Below are positions 1 through 13,400 of a DNA stretch of 64,000 bases, in pieces; position 1 is the stretch's first letter, and every line of letters starts with the position of its first letter. Location: the NCBI GenBank assembly GCA_020536535.1, contig JAHLWZ010000564.1, forward strand, positions 1-64,000, given 5' to 3'. The DNA is from Pelomyxa schiedti. Its lineage: Eukaryota; Protista; Evosea. The notes beneath the pieces are model-generated. The model had not been told where the DNA came from and made no database searches. It saw nothing but the letters and a program-made list of their open reading frames with translations. The position numbers and the translations under genes are program-made.

Positions 1-667
1 GAAGAGGATTTAGAGAAACTCTTTTCCAAAGTTTACACATGGGCCTCTTTTTTGTTCTAACATCTGATTCTTAGTACGGCACTGTTGTTACTATCAGACA
101 TAATGCTGCAAGGGGCTTTGCGTTCATTGAATATGAAAATACGGTATCAAAACTCAATGTAATTCCTTTTTTCACTTGTCCAGAAATCAGCTGATGCCGC
201 CACGGAACTTGATGGACAAGTTGTTGGAGGCAGGAAACTGAATGTTAAGCACGCTGAAGCTAATCCCACTCGCCTAACTAAGCATGATGACCTATCAGCA
301 ATAAAGACACCTCCAACAGATGAAAGCCATGTTCCTGTGAGTACTGAGGCAAAAAAACCAGAGGAACCAACAGCAACCACACAGACACCCGCAGCTCCAT
401 CCGACAAACCAGTTACAACAACAAAGGACTCGGCAAATAGTGAGTCACAGACAGCATCATCAACCAAACCGGCAGAAGAACCCAACCCTGAACCTAAAAT
501 GCGCCAGCGCCGCATGCCCCCAAGATTTGTGGCTGCTGGGACACATGATGAGAAAGGAATGGATGAGGACAAGGACAGAGACACATCAAGTGACATATCA
601 AGTTCGCGAAGAGGTCTTGGATTCAGTGGCAGAGGCATGGGAAGAGGGAGAGGCAGACCTCCCGCAG
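1..667 (+). repeat. Near-identical second copy (allele/haplotype) of the SART3 segment at 8343-9011
   Basis: Direct alignment to 8343-9011 shows scattered substitutions and a 3-bp indel (THDEK vs THVDEK); the copy ends at an N gap. Confidence 0.92.
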
Positions 668-767
668 NNNNNNNNNNNNNNNNNNNNNNNNNNNNNNNNN
701 NNNNNNNNNNNNNNNNNNNNNNNNNNNNNNNNNNNNNNNNNNNNNNNNNNNNNNNNNNNNNNNNNNN
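668..767. other. Scaffold gap (100 N)
   Basis: Run of N. Confidence 1.
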
Positions 768-1091
768 AATTACCGTTTTCTGGAAGTTCTCATCCTCTTT
801 AGTTAAGTCTGCCTGTAAAATGCCAAGCAAGTGGATGTGGACACATATTTTGTCCACTTAGAAACAATCGCTTGTGCAAGGGCCACCTTGGAAAACTTGT
901 CTACGTTCCCTCGGCATTTTTCGAAATGAACCTTCCAACACTGGTATCCCCACTACTCAAAGCCTACCAACCTCAAACAGTGCTGGAGCTGCTGTAACCA
1001 ACCGAAGGATAGCCAGTGCACACATTACCATCACCATGCTGACACATCCTCCGCGGTACTCCGCTCTAATACAACCAAGCTCCAGCTGAGG

Positions 1092-1427
1092 GTGCAGTGC
1101 TCCCGGCTCACAAAGCTTGCAGTCATCCTCACAGCCGGCGGCTTTATAATCATCTTCGCCATACCCATCGGCCTGTTCCTAGCACTGAAGGACTGTTTCA
1201 GCCCAGATCCAGAGTGTTCAGACCCCGCAGTCACACAACCTCTCCCATACCATCACCATTATTATGAGAGCAACACCACACCCCTAACAACAGTAACCAC
1301 TACACACAGCAAACATTATCATAGTCATACTCACCGCGGCAATCATGTCACAGCAACCACTTATACAGACAACCAGATAACTCCAAGCACTCCCCCAATC
1401 CACACCTCTCCTAGTAGCAACATTTGA
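1092..1427 (+). CDS. 3' exon of a hypothetical single-pass membrane protein with a Thr/His-rich tail
   Basis: Hydrophobic segment LAVILTAGGFIIIFAIPIGLFLAL followed by a T/H/S-rich tail; 5' part unresolved next to the gap. Confidence 0.4.
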   Translation: MQCSRLTKLAVILTAGGFIIIFAIPIGLFLALKDCFSPDPECSDPAVTQPLPYHHHYYESNTTPLTTVTTTHSKHYHSHTHRGNHVTATTYTDNQITPSTPPIHTSPSSNI

Positions 1428-1487
1428 TGGAAATCAAATTACTTTCGTCTTTGCCTTAAAAAAAAACCAAAACTTGTAACAAACAAG

Positions 1488-3837
1488 TTACGGGAAATCA
1501 CCACATGATGCTATCGATTGGCTGTGGCGATGAAGCCACAACTTGGTGGGATCTGTTAGGCCACCGGCGGAGGGGCTCAGGCAGTACTGGATGACGTCAT
1601 CGAGGGTGAGTCCCACCGGTGGGACAGGCCTGTTGCGGGTGACGTGGATGTGGATTGGTGACGCCACCACGAAGCTCATAAAGTGGTCCATGACAATACC
1701 AGGGGTGTGTGTTATTTCTGGGAAGGTGTCAAGGAGCATAATCCATAGTGACACTTTGGTGTGGCAACAAAGCATGGACAATTTGCGACTCTTGGGCATC
1801 AGCTCAATTATCTGAGTGTTTTCAGTCAGTTAGTTCTTGTGTGAAGAGTAGTGGAGCTTAAAATACCTCTGCCAGAGTGATGTTAAACCTGTGTATGAGC
1901 CACTGACAACAGTTGGTCTTGGATTTAGTGATCAAATGTGCCAATAAGTGGTTTTCATATTCCCTGACTTGGTTCCCTGTTATGTCATAGTTCTGGATAA
2001 CCCACTTTACCACTTTGCTTGACCGAACTCCACTTGTTGGGTAGGTTATACTGTATGCCATTTGGGACTGTGAGAATTGCCCAATTGAGGCCAGCTGCTG
2101 AGCGGAGTATATATCTGCGTTTGGTATTGCGAGAAGCACATGCTTCCACATCTCTTCACTGTCAGTGTCATGTGGAATGTGGAACCTGTTCAGCAGAAAC
2201 AGAGCGCCACTGGGGTTATCATGCATCAAACAGTACCATACTGCCTGCCTAACATCGGCCAACCCAAAGGTTTCAGTGGATACATGCTGAAATAGCCACT
2301 GTAGTGAATCACACCCACAATATGTGGCACTAGTCAGTTTTATGCCACCACAAGACCTTTGGGTTAGCCTTTCAATAAGGTGGTACTTTTCTTCCAACCA
2401 GTCAGCAACATTGACGTTACCTAAACATAGTGCTTCATCAAGGGAAGAGTCAAGTAATTTTGCTGGGAAGTTTTTAGCCCTCTGTAAGATGAACTCAACC
2501 ACAGGTACACTATCTTTCCTGTTCTGGAACACTTGTCTCAATACATTGGGACCAGGTAGACGCACATGAAAATCATCAAGAATCGTCTCCAAAAGACTGA
2601 CATCACAGATGTAAGAAAAGGCAGTGGTAAGGTGATCTAGTGATGGGTGCACCAATCCAAGCTGAATCAGGACCCTAAAAGGCTTTTCACCGGTAACGTG
2701 AGCTATAATAATATCCCAGTTAAATGAGGGAAAGTGCTTTGATATCCAATCCAAGGCGTCGGTAGACACGTTTCTCTGCAAGAAGCTTTCCACCATTGAA
2801 TGCAATGGGCACCTATCAATTTGGAAGCTGTCAGTAAACCACTTCAACAGCTCTAAATTGCCACCTTCAAATGCACAAGACTGCAGCATGGACCACCCCA
2901 AAACAGAAGCAGCAGTCCTCACGTCCATCAAGCAGTCGGCAATCCACTTGCATACCTCCAGGTGGCCACCCCTGAGCGCAGCAACAAAAGGCCACCACAG
3001 CTCCCACGTCTCAGTGACACCAAACCTGGACACAATCCACTGCGCAACACGAAGCTGACCCTCCCCGCACACGCAGCTCAGCAGCGAGTCATCGTCCCCA
3101 CCCCTCCCCATCACATCCCTCACCTCAGCTTCCATGTTCCCACCACAGCCACAACCACCATTCATATGGTGGCCATCAATGCCGCCACTGCCACGACCAC
3201 CACCCCCACCGCCACCACTATCACAAGTAGTTACAGCAGTATCCACGAGGATCCTAGCAGCTTCGATGTGGCCGCCCACGCACAGGCCCCTGAGCACAGC
3301 CAGCCACTCCTTGCCCCCCCCCTCGTTCCTGCCGCGTCCCTCCCTGTGTGCCATCAGCCACCCCAAGCACCTCCCCCTCCATGGTCTCCCTCCCCCCCCT
3401 TCTCGCTCGGCCCCGCCGGCCTGCGCCGCGCACTCCAGGACCATGTAAGAAGACGCGAGGGCGACGCGGTCGCCGTAGTCCAGGTAGACCTGGACCCGCG
3501 GGGGCGGGGACGACGCGGCGGCGGCGGCGGCGGCGCAGGCGCGGGGCACCAGTGGGAACAGCGCCTCGGCCACGCCCAGCACCCACGCCCACTCCCGGCG
3601 GTGCTCCCGCGTGACCAGGTGCCAGTGGCTGGGGCCGGCCCCCTCCCCGCGTGCTCCCCCCAGGCCACGACGCAGGGCGTGGCGGAGCAGCGGGGATGCC
3701 GCGGCCCGGGGTATCACGTGGTCCCACACCACCCGCGAGACGGCCAGGATGTGCTGAATGGCCGCCTCAGTGTGCGGGCTTCCGTACATACACGTGGTGG
3801 TGGTGGTGGTGGTATCAATACCACCATTGGGGTTCAT
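1488..3837 (-). CDS. Ankyrin-repeat-like hypothetical protein (2 exons)
   Basis: 664-aa ORF with degenerate ankyrin motifs (GGHIEAARIL, GQLRVAQWI, GGHLEVCKWI, GGNLELLKWF, GNVNVADWL). A GT-AG intron near 1816-1867 joins it to the 1488-1815 exon. Confidence 0.75.
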
Positions 3838-4162
3838 CTTCAACCGAAGCAACCAACGATTCGCTTTTATTCTTTGTGTGGTTCAGCGAAAACCGAAGTT
3901 GGCGATGGGGAGCGTTGAGGTGGTAGACTATTTGGGGGTGTTGCTTGCCATCGCGGGAGAAGTGGATCGCAATTATGGGGTGTTGGTGGCGGGTGGGCCC
4001 ACTGGCTTATGTGCGTCGTCGTTTTTTTTTCCCCCCATAAAAAAAAAAAAAAAAAAAAAGGCAATTGGTCGCTGTCGAAAATAATCGAAACGTAGTGAGT
4101 AGGAGTGACTTGGCAACGAAATTACTTGTTGCGTCTCTATAGCCTCTTTTTGTTTTTTTGTT

Positions 4163-5519
4163 TTGGATACTGATAGTGTGAAGCATGCTCGCAGCTTCTT
4201 TGGTGCCTGTGCATCTTACATGAGAAAAGCCTCTGAGCTTGTTGTGGAGCTGACTGCCTACCATGACTACGCCACTTCGAAATTGTATGCCCACTTCTAT
4301 GAGCGATTGTTATTTTTTTTTTTTTTTGTTTCACAAAGAGCAATAACATTTAAGAGCGGATCTATGTAAGCAAGCTTGTGATCGTGACAAGAATCCAGAC
4401 ATTCGTGAATACGAGAGGGTATTCGGTCAATAATTAGTCATTATCTTACGGTAGATATAAGTTGTACTCTCTGTGTAAAGGCACAGACTTCCATCTCATT
4501 TTCAGAACTACCCCTCCTGCTCCAGACCAATTGCACATTGGTAGTACATGTACTTGAGGGGTGAGCAACATATTTAACGGATAAAGGCTTTGATGCAGAG
4601 GGACTTTATAGAAACATAAGTGAAGACTGGACCACAACGTACGTTATTATAACATTTTTCTTTACCCAGTTGTTTCAGAAAGGAATTTATAAACACTGTG
4701 ACAGAGTGCAGCGAAAAATTTTTCGTTTGGGAAGAGTCTATGAAAGTTCCCGATGAACGTATTTTTTATTAGCCCTCCATCTTCATTCTCAACTCTTAAA
4801 GATATCGCACAGCTAGCCTCCAGTGTACTTGTACCACTCCCAATCATCTCCGCAGCACAAGATAAGTTAAAATTGATGTCGTCTGCAATTGAAGAAGCCA
4901 AATTTCAAATGGACAACATTAAGGCAGTGGTAAAAAAGCTGTGTGAGGTTCTGGAAACGAAATACCGGCCTTGGGTTAGACAAGCCCACGTTGAAATAAT
5001 TACTGGTAATAATTACTTTGTTTATGCCTATTTAACATTCTCTCTTTAATTCCTATTAGGGATAAAGAAATTCTCTGAAATCCTAGTGTAAATGCACCTT
5101 ATACTCTGAAAGAAGTACTAATTAATACTCACGTGTGCAGAGAGTATAATGAGTTGTTGAGAAAGCTTATTTCCACCCTCCCCAATACAATGGAGCCACA
5201 CTATACCCCAAATATCCCGCCACTCCCAGTCCCATTCTTGGATATAACCAAGCTATCTTCACACAATACACCAGAGCCCTCACCCAAGGAGCTGCAGTAT
5301 CAAACAGAATACACTGTATGTAGTTTTCAGCTATTAACTCCCTATTTTTGGATTCACCCACTATGCTCCCAAATAGCAAAAGTGTGTGTTCCTCTACAAC
5401 CAGATCCAACTGTACCACAAGTCCCACAACCAACCACAGACAGCTATTTCCTCAACCCCAACAAACACACCCTAGACCTTTTTGAAAAAAAAAAAAACCA
5501 TTTTTGGTGGATTTCCTGA
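4163..5519 (+). CDS. Hypothetical multi-exon protein
   Basis: Short ORFs separated by GT-AG intron-like segments; helical/coiled region 4753-5005; no family recognised. Confidence 0.4.
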
Positions 5520-5666
5520 TACTAGGAGGGAGGAGAAGACCCATACTCGGTCACACCGATACAAGTGTGTTTGCCTGCAACACACATAGAAGAAAATTCA
5601 CCTGCAGGAAACACTGTTCTGAACGTCTGGGGAAAAAAAACAAGAAGAATTCCATCACAACAAACA

Positions 5667-8600
5667 ATGTCGACCACGAGCGGGAGCAGCCACGACCACG
5701 AAGACGATGACGAGAAGGGCGGAGCAACGGCAGCAGCAGCAGCAACGCACGACAACGATGACGACGATGGTGATGAGAAGGAGGAGGAGGACTCAGAGTC
5801 TGAGGAGGGGGAGGACAGTGAGATGCGGGCAGGGGTGCCGCGCGACACGTCGGCGATCGATAGGGCCGAGGTCAAGGTGGGTCCTGTGTGCTTGTGGTGG
5901 TGATTCTCACTTGGGAATTCCGGGGGTTTTGTTGCTTTTGCTTTTGCTTTTGCTTTTGCTGTTGCTGTTGCTGTTGTTGGTTCTTCCCCTTGTTTGTTTA
6001 TTGATTGTGGGATGGATTAGGTTAGGGCCAATCAGTATGACTATGGGGCGCATGTGGAGTACATCAAGGCACTCAAGGAGTACTCTAATGACTGGGAGGC
6101 CCTCACTAATGCTAGGAATGCTTTCTCTGCCTTATTCCCTCTTACTGCTGGTATGTACTGCTCGCATGGTCACTTTCCCCCATGCTGACACATGTGGGAA
6201 GACATGTGGTTGGAATGGATAAATGACGAAGAGAGAATAGCTTCACCAGAAGAACATCCACGTATTGAAACCTTATACAGGTACATGGTTTTACAGGTTC
6301 TTGGCTTACTAACAAATTCAGACGTGCTCTAAGTGATTACCTATGTATAGTGATATGCCTATGACTTCACCTTACTTATTCCAGCGGTACCTGTTGCTGT
6401 GCGTTTCTGCAAATTTGCTGCTAAGAACTATGACTACGCCAAAGCGAGGGATATTTTTGAGTTTGCATTATCTCTGGTTTTTTTTTTTTTTTTGCCAGTT
6501 AGTATTACCACCTAGTAACCTTACTACTAGCTTGGATTGCATGTCATGGAAGCTGGCAAATTGTGGAAAACGTACATCCGATTTGAAAAAAGTAGCATCG
6601 AAGCTGCCAAAGAGGAACCCCAGAAGGACACATGTAATTTGCAAAAGCAAGGACTAGACAAAATATCCAAACTCTATCAACGGCAACTCAGTGTCCCTCT
6701 TATAGGTATCCATAAGCTATATATATAGATTTTATGTGATCCTCTTTAGGAATGGACGATGTATTAATTAAGTACCTCAAGTGGGCTGAAAAGTATCACG
6801 TTGATATCCCCACCACTTTTCAGCGATCGTATGAAAAGGCCCTTGAGTCCCTAAAGATTAGATTGGTCCGTGAAGAAAAAATTAGTGGTAAGGAATTTGA
6901 TTAGGGTACGCATGGAGTTTAAACTTTGTGCTAAGATTCGGGAACTACAAGCAATCCTGACTACACTAAACTTGATGATTGGAAGAAGTATATTTCTTTT
7001 GAAGAAAAGGAAAATCAACCCCAGAGAGTGATAATGGTTAGTTTTTAATGTATGGTACAATATTTGACAATCCAAACCTAGCTGTATGAGCGTGCCCTTT
7101 CAATATATGTACTTGTTTCAGAACTCTGGTTATCGTATGGCGCATTCACTGAACGCACATTCACAAGCACTTCTATTCCCTCTGCCGTTTTCTCCCGAGG
7201 CACCCGGAACTGTCCCAGTTGTGGAGGGGTTTGGGCAGGTACTCTACGATGCCAGGTACTTTTTTTCTACCTTTGTATATAACCAAACAATTTCAGGAAA
7301 AATCAAAGAAAAGCCTTGAAGATGTGGAGACAACCCTCAAGCAAGCACTGCTGGCTGGGTTAGCCAGCCATTTGGAGTTCTTATGTGTCTTGAATCAATA
7401 CCTTGATATATATCGAAGAGCATTAAATGGTACCTGCCCTTTCTCCTTTGTGAGAGTTGAGCATTTTCCATTTCAGGAACAGCGCAGTCATTCCAAAACT
7501 TCCGCTCGGCATGTGACAAAGCTGCCTCCGTTATGAACCAATGTAAGTGAATCCTTTGATTTCGCGGTTCCTCATTGAATCAGATTATCCTTCTCAGGGG
7601 TATGACGCAGACATACTACGGTTTTGGGCCAAGATTGAGGTAAGATGAATGGAAATAAGTTTTTCAGCAACCCCTCTTAACGATCTTCTTTAGGCCCACC
7701 ACTTCAACAATATTGAGAGGTGCCGAGAACTTTGGGAATCTATTATAAAGTACCACTCTGATGAGACCACATTTTGGCTGGAATATGCGTCTCTCGAGAG
7801 GTACCTCAGTGCAATAGGCCATGTCTTACTTTCATTCAGGAAGTTTGATGAATCTAAAACACGAAATATTTATAAGCGTGGGGCTCAGGCAGTTCACACT
7901 TTCCCTGAGCCATTGCTCTCTGCTTGGCTGGAATTTGAAAGAGAGTGCGGCACCCTGGAGATGTGGACTCATGCAAAACTTACCTATGACACAGTGCGTT
8001 GTATAATTCATACTTTCATTGATAATCAAAATGCAGAAAATGAAACAATTTCTCACTCAGCAACGGAAAGAACAGAAGAAGCTTGAAAAAGTTGCTGCAA
8101 AAGAAGCTGCCAAAGAACAAAAGAAACAAGATAGAAGGAATAAACGACGTCCTCAGTCCCTTCAGAAAGCTTCCAAGGGTGAAGATGACGAAATGGCTGA
8201 AATCCCACAAAGTAAAAGACCTCGAACAGATCCCAAGACTGAAGAAGAAAAGTATGTGACATTACACAGTTATTTTCCTGACAGTCACCAAAATAGAAAT
8301 TCCCATAAAATTTTCGTTTCAAACCTCAGATTTTCGATCACAGAAGAGGATTTAGAGAAACTCTTTTCCAAAGTTTACGCATGGGTCTCTTTTTTGTTCT
8401 AACATCTGATTCTTAGTACGGCACTGTTGTTACTATCAGACATAATGCTGCAAGGGGCTTTGCGTTCATTGAATATGAAAATACGGTATCAAAACTCAAT
8501 ATAATTCCTTTTTCACTTGTCCAGAAATCAGCTGATGCCGCCACGGAACTTGATGGACAAGTTGTTGGAGGCAGGAAACTGAATGTAAAGCACGCTGAAG

Positions 8601-9753
8601 CTAATCCTACTCGCCTAACTAAGCATGATGACCTATCAGCAATAAAGACAACTCCAACAGATGAAAGCCATGTTCCTGTGAGTACTGAGGCAAAAAAACC
8701 AGAGGAACCAACAGCAACCACACAGACACCCGCAGCTCCATCCGACAAACCAGTTACAACAACAAAGTACTCGGCAAATAGTGAGGCACAGACAGCATCA
8801 TCAACCAAACCGGCAGAAGAACCCAACCCTGAACCTAAAATGCGCCAGCGCCGCATGCCCCCAAGATTTGTGGCTGCTGGGACACATGTAGATGAGAAAG
8901 GAATGGATGAGGACAAGGACAGAGACACATCAAGTGACATATCAAGTTCGCGAAGAGGTCTTGGATTCAGTGGCAGAGGCATGGGAAGAGGGAGAGGCAG
9001 ACCTCCCGCAGAAGCTGAACAAGAAGCCCAAAGAACACCAGGCCAAGGGAGAGGTAGGGGATTCTTTGGTGCAGGGAGGAGAGTTGAATACAGTGCTGAA
9101 CGTGAGTCACGCACACTCTTTGTCACATACTTGGATTATAAAGCTGATGAAATGACTGTCAAAACTCATTTTGCTGAGGTAAATGCCAGAAGCATTCCTT
9201 CATCAAACTGACATATTTCAGACATGTGGAGAGGATAAAATTGTTGAAGCCCGAGTTGTTCGGGATCCCGTTGGCCGCTCCAAAGGCTTCGCCTATGTAG
9301 AGTTCGTGAATGTGGTATGAATTCCATAACAAAATAATCATTACGGTCCGCTTACAACTTGAAGGAGGCGGCTCAGGAAGGACTCGCTCTAGACAAGACT
9401 ATGATTCTGTCAAGACCGGTTAGTTTATTTCCGCACCATAACTGTGAACATAAATGATTTACAACAGATATGCGTTCGTTGGTCAAGACCGCGACCTTCT
9501 CAACAGCACACTACCGCTACCGTAAATTCCATGGATGATTCTGAACCTGCATCCGGAACTGCCGAGACTGAATCCAAAAAGTACAATAGCCACCACTCTC
9601 AAAATACCAAACACACAATTCTCAAACACCATTAGGCCGCTTATGATTCCAAGAGCACTTGCACTGAAGAAAATGCATACATCAGCAACAACACCCCCAA
9701 AAGGTACAACAGTAACAACAGACCCACCAAGCAAATCCTCAGGAGATTCATGA
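5667..9753 (+). CDS. SART3: SART3/Prp24-like U4/U6 recycling factor (HAT repeats + RRMs)
   Basis: Spliced translation gives HAT repeats (RALSDYL, ARDIFEFALSL-LGLHVMEAGKLW) and RRMs (KIFVSNLRFSITEEDLEKLFSK-YG...RGFAFIEY; RTLFVTYLDY...RSKGFAYVEF), plus C-terminal RPLMIPRAL. Confidence 0.85.
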
Positions 9754-9819
9754 AGCCACTTCTGTGATGGAAATTTAAAATAAAAACCCAAAGTCCAACT
9801 GACTAATAAAGTAGTCACA

Positions 9820-10349
9820 TTACCACTGACACTGACACAAAACAAAGAAAACAAACAACAACTTCCCACAAGAACACAAGTACAATGTGGTATGTAGCTT
9901 CTTGGGTTCTCCACAGATTAGATGCCGCAGCACCAATAGGCTGTCCACATCGAAGAAAACGATGGCTGTGGTGTGGTGGTTGTGCTTGTAGTGCTCTCTC
10001 CAGACTTGAGCATACATGTACTTATTGATGGTCATGTCTGGAGAGATCACACAGCAACGTTGGGAAACACACAACAGCTCCATGGATTACCTAAACTACC
10101 AACCTTTGATGGGCACACCAATCCTCAAAGGTGGTGGGAGACTGCATTGAACCACTGCTGGATCCGAGTAATAAAGTAACCACCTCCAAACATCAACCAC
10201 AACGAAGACAACCACGACACCACAGCCACAAATGGCGACATTTCTCCAAAAGTGTGGCTAATCCATCCACTCACTGAGAGAGTACTCCCTGGTGGGAAAA
10301 ACCTGTGACAAGACCAAGGAGACTCTCTAATTCCCTCAGTCTCGCCCAA
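9820..10349 (-). CDS. Possible small hypothetical protein
   Basis: Short ORFs with intron-like breaks between SART3 and MMS19; no motif recognised. Confidence 0.25.
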
Positions 10350-10434
10350 TGAAAGTTGATCGTGATTGCTTTTCGGTGGAATTACTTAGCCGAACCAGAG
10401 GCGTAAAAAAGGTACACCACACGACGAGGGAGGA

Positions 10435-13400
10435 ATGGGAGACAGCGTGTCGCGCAAGATGATGAACGCGGAGACGGAGGACGAGGCGACCGTGAAACGA
10501 GCACTCGCCGACTGCATCAAAGAATCATCTCGTTTGTTTACCGAACTCGTGCGTCTGCTCTGCGTCTCCTCCCACTTTTCCTTTTTTTTTCTCCTCTCGA
10601 GGAGTCGTACAACTATGGTTAAAAAAAAAAAAAAAACCCAAAACTATGGTTAATGGATGATAAAATGATAGGAGGAGTCATCAAAGAGGTGGTACTATAG
10701 CTCGGCTCCGGCCAGCACAATAAAAACTCCTGTTGATGTCTCCGATGCATTATGCAAGAGCGAGCCTGTTCAGGTGTTGGTGAAGCTACTGTGCACGCCG
10801 GCAACAAGCACCACCGCTACAACAGAGGCAAGTGGGAAGGGTGGTGTTATTGGGGGCGATCAACTGTCACAGTTGGTTACTATGCTCTCTGATACTCTGG
10901 CTTCTGAGGATTCTGCGAAGAGGCGGTCGGGGACTGCTGTATTCGCGTCTGTGCTGGAAGTGGCACTATCTCACAGCAGACTACTTGAGACTTCTGTGAG
11001 TCCTGTGGTTTCCTTCTTCTGTGACAGGTGCTCTTTTTTTTTTTTTTTTTGTTTCCAACAAAAGACCCCACCCACTCACAAAAATTGTAGGATTGCAGAT
11101 AAGGACTGCTTATTTCAAGTTGTACGAGGTTTGGATGCTGTACTGGCAGTGCAGGATGTCTCTGCTCTCTATGATGATAACGAGGACACAACAAAAAGAT
11201 GCACTGTAGTGGCAAGGATTTGCCGCGAGCTGTTCATTGTTGACGTTGCAGCCTTGAATCCATCTCTTAGACTCATTATATTGCGGATCCTTGAGCTTCT
11301 GTGGGACAAGTATGTTTTTTACTCTGCGGTTACCTCCTCAATACTTTCAGGTACATTGCCAAAGGAACAGTAAATGACATCACATTAGAAGAATATGGAA
11401 AGGGTCTTGCCCGCGTAACAACTGGAGAACGAGAACCAAAATCAATTCTCACAATGTTCAGAATATTCAAGGAAATATTGAGCAAGGCACCAGTGCCGGC
11501 GCCGTCAGCAACCGCTCCAAATGCCCCAAGCCCTCTACATAAAGAATTATTTGAGGCTACATCCTGCTACTTCCCGATACTGTTTGTGCCACGAGCTACT
11601 GATCCTGGAGCAATTAAAAAACCTGAGCTGAGTGCTGCATTACGAGCCACTTTGGCCGCAAATATTCCTTCATCAGAGGCATGCCTCAAATTGATGATTG
11701 ACAAATTGAGCTCTTCAATGGAAGTTGTCAGAGGTGATGCTTGTGATGCTCTTGTGGACTGTTGCAGTTCTTTTGGTCCACAGTCTGTCAAGCCACATAT
11801 GGAGGGAATATGGGGTGGCCTACGTGACAATGTAGTTGTAAGTGAGGATGCCGAGTTACGCAGCAAAGGCAGTCTTGCCCTGAGTTCTATAATGAGTGTT
11901 TTTGAGGATGATACTGCAGTACTTAAAGAGCTTCTAGTTCCTATTGCACAGGTTCTGAAGTGATCTATTTACTTCTGAATAAGACTCATTCCTTTTCTTA
12001 CAGGACTTAACCAGGCTTATCTGTTCTACTGGAACAGACGAGCAATTGGCACTTAATGCCTGCCAAATGTATTCACATCTCGCTCGATCGAGTAGACAAA
12101 CCCGTGTTCTGTTGCTAGAGCTTACAGCACAACAATTGTGTGACGCATTCAAAGGCTTCTCGTCAAGTGCAACCACCTCCACTGATACTACAACCCCAAC
12201 TGAGCCCGCAATCAAGCCCGTTCCTAAACTTCCTCCTCATACTATTATCAAAGTGCTGGCTGAAGTTTGTCAAGCATGTGAAGGCCTCTCCCCAGCCATA
12301 CTTCATCCCTTTGCTTTACCATTCTACCTCTTATTCACTCAGTCTCTCGAGCTTCCTTCGGAAATACATAAACAGCATGCAGTAATGGGCTTAGGAGTTT
12401 TGGTGGGCCTTTACAGCAAACCAGCAATGCCTATAACTATACCACTCATTGAAGACGAAGACGAGGAGGAACAAAGCTGCAGCTGTGAGGGATGCAGTGC
12501 AAAGTCGACATGCAATGGACATTGTAGCCATGCAATGGCTGAAACTGCCTCTGCATCACCAGTACAAGCACCAGCTCCAACCAAAAACAAAAAGAACAAG
12601 GGAGGGAAGAAGAAGAACAAAAAAAATAAGAGCAAGCCAAAAAAGCCTGCACACCCACAGGCCACACAATCCACTCCAGAAGTGACTCCCACAGCAACTA
12701 GCACAACCACAAGTGCGGCAAAGGAATCAACTCCAGACGTACTTATGGAAGAACTCTATCAAAAAGTTCCTCCCCCTCCACTAAACAGAGAGCAGTGCGT
12801 GGAAGCAGTAAAGAAAATTGCTGCCTTCCTCTTACCACAGGCACAAATCAACAGCAAGACCGCGGCAACTTTTGTTGAGGTTTTGTCTGGTATTTCTCGT
12901 CGTGATCCAACAGTCATTATTGAGCAAGTGATACCAATACTTTTCACGTCTTCCTCTGCCTCAACTCTTTCCTACATGGCTTCGTTATCTTCTTCCCATC
13001 CTACAGTGTTTAAAGTTGTTGCAGATGAACTATGTGCCCGTTTGTGTGACAATCCAGCCCGAAACAATCAAGTTATTGTGATTGGGAGCAGCACTCCTTC
13101 CACAACAACATCGTCAACAGCAACTACACCTAGTATCAGTGTTGATGAAGAAGTCAAGTTGTTGGACACCCTTGTGCAAGTAATTAAGGACTCTGTGAAC
13201 AACGAAGAAGCTGTCATATACAATACCTACTCTATACTCCCAAAACTTGTTACCAGAGCGTTTGAGTGGGTGTGCGTAAACGATGCATCACAAGTAGATA
13301 TGAGAAGGCACATGGTCTATGGTGTTGCTATTATGTTGCAGCGTGTAACTTTCTCTATGCCTTTCCATATTCAACTCCCTCTTATTCTTACAACAACGGC

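Noticed and set aside
2962-3926. Numerous long overlapping or antisense ORFs in G+C-rich patches (also 19576-20339, 29280-30195, 47050-47977)
   Set aside because: Expected from stop-codon scarcity in G+C-rich low-complexity sequence.
5930-5980. Poly-Leu ORF (5707-6222) as a membrane protein
   Set aside because: Derives from a (TTGCTT/TTGCTG)n microsatellite inside the first SART3 intron.
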